From the NCBI RefSeq assembly GCF_009914755.1, contig NC_060925.1: a stretch of DNA of 64,000 nucleotides; one strand, written 5' to 3'. The stretch comes from the human T2T-CHM13v2.0 reference genome, Homo sapiens. Of the stretch, positions 55,706-64,000 are shown piece after piece. Position 1 is the first letter of the stretch; each line of letters begins with the position of its first letter. The translations under genes and the position numbers were made by a program. The notes below the pieces were generated by a model that saw only the letters and a list, made by a program, of their open reading frames with translations, made no database searches and was not told where the DNA came from.

Positions 55706-56678
55706 AAAGACCCACCAGTTTTACTCATCTTCAGGTTTATGGCTATAGAATGTGGGGAAAACAAAAATTGGCAACAGAATAGGAAAAGGTAAGCAAAAGT
55801 CTGGTCACCAGAATGTCTTCTCCACTGCAGAACAGACCCCTTTAAAAAAGAAAAGCAAGGAAAATAGCTATGGGCTATCCACAGCCAGTAATGATAGCTA
55901 CAGTTAGAAAGAAATGAGAAAGGAAACCAGGAGGCAGAGTCTGGGAATTCACAAGTCTCCTCTCAAGACATATACTAAACCCGGACCTCTGTGAGGATTA
56001 ATTTTCCTTAGATTTCCTTCCAACGTCTTAACCCTAAACCAAGTTCCCCTGTCAATTCAAATATAATAAAGGCAGCATTCCACAAGGAAGACTGATTTGA
56101 GGATTGAAGTGATTTGCCAACATTCTGAGAAAGCTTATTTTAAAAGAGCACGGCTTTAAAGATAGGTTCTAGTCCTTGAAGACAGAGGGGTTCTTTGTTA
56201 GTGAGGGCTGTAGGCATATGGCCCACCAAACAGAGCAGGACACAAAAGAAGAATCCCCTAATGTTGTTTGCAGGCTAACATCCACTGCTACTGCAACCTG
56301 GTTGGGCAGAGGCAAAAGCAAGCAGCCCCTTCTGGCTGTGCAACAGTAGAGGGGCAGAAGAAGCTGTGCTCTAATGGCTCTAAATAATCAGCATTTAGTG
56401 TTATGTTAGGACGAAGGATTTATTCCACAATATAAACTGTAACATTTGATACAAGCTACCAAAAAATAGGGGAGAAAGGAAGGGACAGGGAGAAAGCCAA
56501 AATACAGCTGTGGCAATTACTTACAGAGAAGTCTCTTTTCTACATCACTAGTTCATCAGTGACACTAGAAACTAGACATTTGTGTTCTGTACATCAATCA
56601 ATCGCTAAAGCACCAACACACTGTTTGGAAGTTTGTTTTGTTTTGTTTTAATTCCAGCCACTGAAACCAACATAGAAG

Positions 56679-56686
56679 TTATTGCT
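56679..56686 (-). promoter_or_regulatory. miR-137 8mer seed site
   Basis: The transcript reads AGCAAUAA, complementary to the miR-137 5' end UUAUUGCU. Confidence 0.65.
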
Positions 56687-57237
56687 CAGATAAATAAACC
56701 TAGTCTACCAGGAAGAAGAAAAGTGGATAAAGGAAAAGAAGAAACAAACAAAAACTCCCAAAGTGAAAAACTTAAAAATTTCCCCAATGTGGTAACAGAG
56801 TAAACAAGGGAGAGCTTCCTCAAATGAGGATTTACTGGAATTTCTGGTGGGTGCCCTTTTGGGCACTGGAAGTGAGTTGGACTCTTAAGCTGGTAAATCC
56901 CAGAGAGAGGTAAAATTTTAATGCTGTACATGAAAAGGTGCAAGCTTCAATGCCTTCCAAATTGGTGGGAACCCCTGCAAAAAAAACAGTCAGCTTTTCA
57001 AACCTCAACAACCACAAATAGCTCTTAAGGAAAAAATACAAAAAGTGTCAAAAATTTTTTTAGTTGTTTTTTCTTTTCTTCAAAGAGTCCTGGAAAAATG
57101 ATCCCATAAGGAATAGAAATAGCACCGTTTACAGGCTGGCTTGAGTACCAGTCCTGTAGCTTTGCTGAGATTTGAAGAAATCCTCTTGGTTGGAGTCCTG
57201 AATTACATTAAGTAGGGGGGTATCTGTTTTTGTGTTT

Positions 57238-57375
57238 TTACTTTCGGCTTGGTGCGTCCTTCACAGTACAGCGCACACAGATGTAGTCTTCTTTCTCTGC
57301 CATCTCTGGGGAGACACCAACACAGACCTGATGAAACCACTGATTGCAGCTGCCATCACACTGGACCCAGTCCAC
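57238..57375 (-). CDS. KDM5B: KDM5B last coding exon: most of PHD3 and the stop codon ([18 protein letters not shown]...[15 protein letters not shown])
   Basis: Acceptor ...TAACCAG|GTG at 57375, 138 bp, TAA at 57240-57238. C4HC3 PHD pattern. Matches the known KDM5B C-terminus. Confidence 0.98.
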   Translation of the reverse strand: MDWVQCDGSCNQWFHQVCVGVSPEMAEKEDYICVRCTVKDAPSRK

Positions 57376-57908
57376 CTGGTTACAAAGAGCAGGAAGATGG
57401 GGTTTTCAGAGGAAAAAATGGATTCAAAATTGGGCAGGCCAGCCTCAAGAAATTCAGGCCGTTTGCCAATAACAGCCACTGTCCCACCACTGGGACCTCT
57501 GGCACAACAGCTAAGCCAAATGAGTGTAGCTGGCCCCCTAGCCAAAGCAACCGAGTCAAAGTCATTCTTCAAGTCGTGTCTGCTTTGGGGTTAAGACAGC
57601 GCTGCCCTGTGATAAGTAAGCCAAAGGGCATCACATCAGCATCCCTCCCACCTTCTTAGCGCCGGGAAGGTGAAAGCTGGAAGAGCAAGAAAAGGAAAAA
57701 GGGAAGAACAAGAGTTTCTTCAAGAAAAGGGAGGAGACCCAGGAACGATGGTAAGAGCACAGATATCAGTGGGGGAAGGGCTGAGCAATCCATTCAGATC
57801 AGCTCAAAGCAGATAAGCAGAGGAGAAAGACCCAGCGAGATGAGGTCTAGCTTACAGGGTTTCTGAGTTAAGGGAAAGCACGTCCTCTATGGCCCAAACC
57901 TCACTGAC

Positions 57909-58229
57909 CTCATCTCCTTCTGGCTGCAGGCAGCTCACAGCTGGGCAGATGGCATCTTCATCCTCAGAGTCTTCCTGTTCGGAATAGGATGTGTCTGAGG
58001 GCAGGGAATGAGTTTCAGCAGAACGAACTAATTCATAGCTACGCTCTCTCTCTAACTTGAAATTGTTCATGTCCTTGGGGTGGCTCAGTTTGATTTTCTT
58101 CTTTTTGGGGGTCCGCATTTTCTTAACTCGTTCCCACCGCTCACTGGAGAGGCCCTCTCTTTCCAGGCGTCTCTTCAGTTTTCTCTCAAGACTGTTAATT
58201 CCATCTCGCTTCCCTCGGCAACAGTCATT
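57909..58229 (-). CDS. KDM5B: KDM5B penultimate exon (NDCCRGKRDG...PKKKKIK...AICPAVSCLQPEGDE)
   Basis: AG/GT bounded, 321 bp, phase 0/0. Basic NLS-like stretch and the start of PHD3. Confidence 0.98.
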
Positions 58230-59110
58230 CTGGGTGGAAGATAGGAAAGTTCAATTTTCGCCTATGGGTCACCTATTACTAAAACTAATGAAGCTAAAGA
58301 GAACATGTAAATTAGAAATCAGATGATCCCCCAATCTACACGGGAAAAAAATACTGCATCTTAACCACTCCCCTCCCAGTCTTGTATAAGACAACCAGTT
58401 TGGGTTTAACATACTTCCTTCCCCTATCACTGTTAATGCTACCAAAGGATCACTGGAAAAAGGAATGTTAAAGACGTGATTACCCTTCCAATTAACCAAC
58501 CAATACCAGAAGATGGAGAGGTGCCCACTAAGAGTCTTCCTTTCACCAAATCCCTGAATGACTAACTACTATAATAGTTTCTGTCTAGGTGTTTATGTCT
58601 ATCCTGTGACCTACAGGCTCCTGAGGAACCACACTAATAATCTTCCTTCTTGAAGGATGTACACCCCCACACCTTATAGGTGTAAGGCGCATTAACTGAA
58701 CACATTCAATGATTGTGCCATACTACTTGGTATGGCAAATGAAATTTGCCATGAAAAATGAAATTCTAAATGCCAACATCAGCCCTCATGCTATCTTTAG
58801 TGAAGTTCTTCCCTAATTTGGCTTCAGGCTTCCTAGTAGATTTCTATCCTAACTATATTCTCAGGGGCCTTAAATGTGATGGGTCAGTTAGTTCACTAGA
58901 AGGAAGTGGCAGCAGCCGCAGTATCCTTAACTATGTTAAGAAACAGGACATTAAGGAGTATCCTTCAACTAAGTCAGCATTCAAAATGGGTCATCCTCAG
59001 TCTAATCGCCCAGTCCTCACACCAGCTGTCTGGTTATGTTTCGAGGAGTAAAATAAAGCATACCCCCACCCCAGACTGTGCCTTGCCCCAGAAGCCTCTC
59101 AGACACTCAC

Positions 59111-59265
59111 CTTCTCACTGCTGGGTCTCACTGGTGAGCTTCGGTCAGTCTGCTGAGCAGGGCTTGGCTTTGCAAGTAAAGTCTGGTAAAGTTCCTGAAT
59201 TTCAGGAAGGGATACCTGGAGCAGCTGGGCTTCCATCAATAGTTCATTCACTTCTGGACTAACAC
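59111..59265 (-). CDS. KDM5B: KDM5B exon (GVSPEVNELLMEAQLLQVSLPEIQELY...PSSEK)
   Basis: TTTACAG|GT acceptor and AAG|GTGAGT donor, 155 bp, phase 1/0. Confidence 0.97.
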
Positions 59266-60029
59266 CTGTAAAAGACCAGACCAAATCAAAATGATAACAA
59301 CAAAGGGTGTTTCACATTCACATTTGGGTTTATGAGACAAATAGAAGGACTGCCCCTAATACCACTACTACCCTCTCCTTCTTAAATTACAAATTACCTT
59401 CAGTTGAAGTGAGGTTTAATGTGCCTAAAGCCACAATATAATAAACAGAGCCAAAACTAGATTTCCTAAGTCTTCTGATTACTAGTATTAATTATACACT
59501 GAATCCTCTTCTCATTTACCTTATTGCTAATGCAGAAGAGATTGTACTTCTGCCTTGATGACTTCTAACAGAAAGCACAGAAACAGACTGATGGCCACAG
59601 TGTCAACAGTCTGAGTAGATCAAGGAGCTCTAACCACATTACTAGACATACACTGAGATGCTATGACTAAGGATCAGGACTCTAGCAAATGTGGATTATC
59701 CCTAAGATTCTCCACAAGTCTCCTAAGTAATGAAGCAACAAGAGAGCCCATGACTTAGCATCTGACTTAAAAGCTTGGTGTTTATCAGCTGGTGTGGCAT
59801 GAACCCTTTCATCCCTGAGGACAATGGATATAAAGTCTTCCTCTCTGTTCCTTTGCATTTATAAGCCTTCAAATAGGATCCCTTCCCTATTTTGCAAATA
59901 CATAATAGCCTATATCCTACATTTCAGCATAAAGTCCTTTTTATGGTACTTGATCATCTATAATAAAAACCTAGTAATACAAGATCACTCATTACTATCC
60001 AGCCCTCAACGTAATAACAAAATACAAAC

Positions 60030-60141
60030 CATGGAGGGGGATACAACTTCGTCCAGTTGAGAAGGGGGAGTGCAAATATGAGGTTCTGTTGTCCCAGTCA
60101 TCAGGCAAAGAAAATGATGTTGTGCCAGGAGGTTGAGATAC
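60030..60141 (-). CDS. KDM5B: KDM5B exon (VSQPPGTTSFSLPDDWDNRTSYLHSPFSTGRSCIPLH-G); missing from the ORF track
   Basis: CATTAG|GTA acceptor and G|GTTTGT donor, 112 bp, phase 0/1. Keeps frame with both neighbours. Confidence 0.96.
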
Positions 60142-61603
60142 CTAATGGAGGGAAAACGTTTTATAATAAAATCTCTTCAGGATTAAAAATACTCCCATTA
60201 GTCCAATGACAGTAGCTTGCATTACCCAGGCAGGCAACCAGGGGAAAAAAAAAAAAAAACAACTTGATTTTCCCCTACTGAAGAGTCTCCTGGCATTTCA
60301 GAACTGGCCAAATCAACTCATATCTTCCCAAAGACCAAGCCTTTAATCTTTCCAGTTTTACTTGGACTGATTTCAGAGATGTAAAGAAGGCCACTGGGAA
60401 ATAAGCCACTTTCTCAGTGTGAGAACAGATCATACAGCCTTTTAATCCTTTTCTAATTCTCCTTATTGAAGATTAAAATACGATGAACACATATGTACCC
60501 CTTTGAGTAAATCAAATGAGGACCTGTCAGAAATCATCCATAACCACTTTCCTATCTTCCTTAGTGTTTTATTAAAGGAGCTAGGGGAAACACTCCTTTG
60601 ACCATGAATTAATATAAGAGTTGTGTCCTTTCCCTTTACTAAGAAAGGTAAACTCCTAGCACATCCTGGGTAAAGAACACCAATGACTCCACTTTGGGAG
60701 TGTGCACAAATGCCACAACTCATCTATGCAACAAATATTTAATTCATCATCTATGTGTCAGGCACTGTATTTCAGAAGCCTGCAAAGAAATAAAAAACCA
60801 AGGAAACAAATATGACAGACTGTTTTTTTTTTTTGTTTGGTCTTCATCTTATCAACAATTTAACTCATATAATCCATGTGTCTGTGCTCATATGGCACAA
60901 GAGAGTTGTGGTATCTCTGGTACAGAGATGTTTACCAACTTTAAAAACCATCAGATTAACCTCATAAAGATTGAATACTGTCTTCCTGATTGTACTTTTC
61001 TATTGTCTTCACATTCTTTTACTGCAGCCACCTATGGAAGATAACAGAAAACTCTGCCCATCCAGTGATGTCAAAAGAATCCAGCTTTTGGCAGAAAGAT
61101 CGCAAATGGTGTGTAACCCAGGAGCTTTCCTCTGAAATAACACAGTGCTCAAACACTTCTTCCAAAAAATATTTTCCCTTAAAGGGCAAAAAGCGATAAA
61201 AGGCAGGAAGTGTTTTCCCTTTCTACTAATTGACTTACATGAGAAGAAGCAGGGTAAAAAACTTTTTAGTCAAGCAAAGACTTAAAGATACATCATATAC
61301 GTATATGTAAAATATAAATGGGTCAGCATACATATAAATGAAAAAATTATTTGTATCTGTGAAAAGCTAAATATGTGCTCTATAGAAAGAGTGCCTGGGA
61401 AACAACTTCTAATAGGAGCAGAGGAAACTAAAAGAATATGTTATACCTGCATGGTCTTGAAGTGGGAAGCTACAGGTAAAGTGGGTGCTGTTAACAGTAA
61501 AGTGATCACACCAAGGGAATAGCAACACCAAAGCTACAGGTTCGAGAGAAAGGTACAGAGCTTTGCAAATTCCAATAACCCAACAAGGAAAGTCCAGATT
61601 CAC

Positions 61604-62089
61604 CTTGTTTGTGTCTGACACCTGTCCTGCTGAGGCTTGCCATCTGCTATATAACAGTCCTGAGCCCACTCGATCTTGCACAAATTTAAGATTCCCTGAC
61701 GAAAGCAGTTGCTGGGCTCTGTGCTGCCAGTTCACGGTTCTTTCAATCATATATCGAAGTGCATCTCCCTCAGGAAGGCGAACTCGGATACGCTGAAGGG
61801 AGGCGAGCAGGGGCAGAATTTTCTCTAATGGAGGTTTCTCTGACCTCCGACAATGGGGACAAAGCCAGATTCGCAGGCCCTGTGAAATACTGGGTACCGC
61901 CACACAACTGGTGTGGAAAGCATCCCTGCAGAGTTCACATTGAATCATAGGGGCAGCTGGGGCCTTCTGACATAGGCAGATTTTTATATCCACATCTTGG
62001 AGAGGCGACAGCAATTTCCCTTCATTGGCGAGTCTGAGAGACTGCAAGGCTTCCATTTCCCTTAGGCGAGCTTCCCCAAGAGTTGCCAT
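61604..62089 (-). CDS. KDM5B: KDM5B exon containing PHD2 (MATLGEAR...ICLCQK...CELCRDAFHTSC...WLCPHC...DTNK)
   Basis: TTTCAG|ATG acceptor and AAG|GTGAAT donor, 486 bp. C4HC3 PHD finger. Confidence 0.98.
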
Positions 62090-62149
62090 CTGAAAAAGAG
62101 TTAACAATCAAGGATGATGTCCGAGATAGCTTGGCCTTCCCCTAAAACT

Positions 62150-62380
62150 CAGAGTCCTAGTGGTTAAGAGCATGGGATCCTGAGTAGATCATCTGTATTC
62201 AAATCCTGACTGCCTCATACTAAGCTGTGAGTGACCTGGTGCCATGTATTCCATTGTGGCTAAATTTCTGCATGTGTAAAATGGAGGTGATAATAGTGCC
62301 CACCTTACAGGGTGAGATGACAAGTAAGAGATGTGGGATAGGACACTCTTTGCCTGGCACATAGTAAACAAGTTCTCAAA
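62150..62380. mobile_element. MIR SINE in a KDM5B intron
   Basis: TAGTGGTTAAGAGCATGG...TTCAAATCCTG...TGTAAAATGGAG...GCCTGGCACATAGTAA. Confidence 0.75.
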
Positions 62381-63631
62381 AAATCTGTCACAGTTAAAAA
62401 ACCATTTCCAATCACCACATCTATCCCCTTTCAGATCCATCACGATTCACCAGATGAAGCACCCTTACAAGGCCAGAATAAACTCTCCATTATCTCTATT
62501 AAAAAAAAAAAAAAAAAAGCCTAAAAGCAAATCAGGTAAAGACCTTTGGGTATATTAAAAAAAAAAAAAATCCACTTCTTTTGTAAATATAATACACAGG
62601 TAATATGTGTGGGTTATATGATAACAAGGTAACTTCTGACAGCTTAGAGATGGAAAGCAAATGACTAACCTTTGAGTTCTACCATAAATTAACAGATAAT
62701 ACGTAGGGAGAATTCTTAAAACCAGGGGTCTACAGACAGATGGACAGACTAAAATCTACAAAAGATACTGCATATAAAGTTTCAAACCAACATATATACA
62801 CCTCAGGAGAGGGGGACTGTAACTTTCAGTTAGTCTTTATAAAAACAAACCACAGATGGAATGGAGGACCTCTGATGGCAGAATTCTGTCTAGAACCTGA
62901 CTGAATATACGAATATACACTAAGAACATCTGTGTCAAAATACCTAAATAAATCAAGGCAACCCATGTCTATCACAAGAGGTCTGGCAGCTACAAAGAAA
63001 TCAATGGGAGAAGGTGTCCAGATCCACAGATGAACCCATTCAATCTAGTCCCAGTAGCAGGTATACATTCCCACTCTAGAACGGGCAATGCTTTGTGCCA
63101 TTAAAAGCATCACATAGCTATCCCTTTTTTATCCTGATAAGGTGCTTAATGTGTAACATTAGTTATACATTGCCTCATCTTCTTTAAACTATCATCTTTG
63201 AATCAACAGTATTTACTAAATGCAGGTCAGAGATGTAAGGTATTCCAGATGAGTATCAAAGTATCCAGTAAACTTTTAAATGTACTTCTTAACTATAAAC
63301 TAATAAATTAGCATTGCATTTTCATACATCTATTAATATTAGTCTCAATATCTTTAGTTAGCATTCCTGGATCAACCCACAGGCACTAAACAAGACTGTT
63401 TCTGTGCCTGCAAGACCCTGAGACTGGGAAGCCTACCCTGAATCTTTCCCACCTCTATGCATCTTACCATTCAAAACTCTTAACACTTGACAATTTTCAA
63501 AAAGTCTTTTTAGTAAAACTGAACGCTTTCAAGTTACTCTACTTGCCTTCTCCAAATTCCTATAAAACAGAAAGGGTTAGAAATTATTCTTCCCAATAAC
63601 ATAGAAAGGAGAAGAAAAAAACCCTACATAC

Positions 63632-63790
63632 AGCTGAAGCAGTCTCCTTGCTTTCAGTTAAAGCTCTCTCCAGGTCACTCAGACTCTCTAATTTGGTGCT
63701 TTTTTTCTTTCCATTTGGCAAGGGCTCCTTTAACTTTCTCTGCTTCCTTTTCAATCCCAAAAGGCCAATATCACATCGAGGACACAGCAC
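63632..63790 (-). CDS. KDM5B: KDM5B exon (VLCPRCDIGLLGLKRKQRK...ESKETASA); upstream exons lie beyond the window
   Basis: CATTAG|GTG acceptor and GCT|GTATGT donor, 159 bp, phase 0/0. Confidence 0.97.
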
Positions 63791-64000
63791 CTAATGTGGG
63801 ACAAGGCACAACCAATGGTAAAATAAATTTCAGATAAAGCATTATGTAGGAAGTCCCAAAATAAAAGCCTAAGCAGTAAAAAGGATGTGCATTTCTTAGT
63901 ATTGAAGATTTTCTTTGGAACATGCAACCCTGAGACTCTCCTTTACAAAAGGAGGAGGAAGACTCATAAAAGATAGACTGATTCCTTATTCAATTAAGTA

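Larger units (their letters stand above)
55680..57237 (-). other. KDM5B: Proximal 3' UTR of KDM5B (last exon)
   Basis: Follows the TAA stop at 57238-57240 and ends shortly after the AATAAA at 55700-55705. Confidence 0.85.

Noticed and set aside
60779-60820. Strong minus-strand acceptor in a KDM5B intron
   Set aside because: No suitable donor at exon-like distance, and it abuts an L2-like remnant.

Overview
This is human (primate) genomic DNA, recognisable as chr1q32.1. The right end (about 52.8-63.8 kb, minus strand) holds the last six coding exons and the 3' UTR of KDM5B (JARID1B/PLU-1, H3K4 demethylase). All six exons were traced to exact AG/GT boundaries, and they encode PHD2, PHD3 and the stop codon. 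A CpG island at about 37.7-38.9 kb contains an AUG-free minus-strand exon ending in a consensus donor. By known gene order this is the distal non-coding first exon of SYT2, which makes 1-38.4 kb SYT2 intron 1; no SYT2 coding sequence is in the window, so that call rests on synteny. The rest is repeat-rich (over 20 Alus, MaLR LTRs, L1, L2, MIR, CR1, Charlie1). Almost all ORF-track entries outside KDM5B are artefacts. I see no new protein-coding system. The best second-look items are: (1) a strong alternative acceptor in the last KDM5B intron giving a PHD3-less protein ending LSPSRR*; (2) a 114-bp non-Alu inverted templated duplication (42086/44749); (3) a canonical RE1/REST site plus perfect ERR elements around SYT2; (4) exon-like units between KDM5B and SYT2 on both strands, which could be read-through or antisense transcripts. 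Repeat subfamily names and boundaries were assigned by eye and are approximate.
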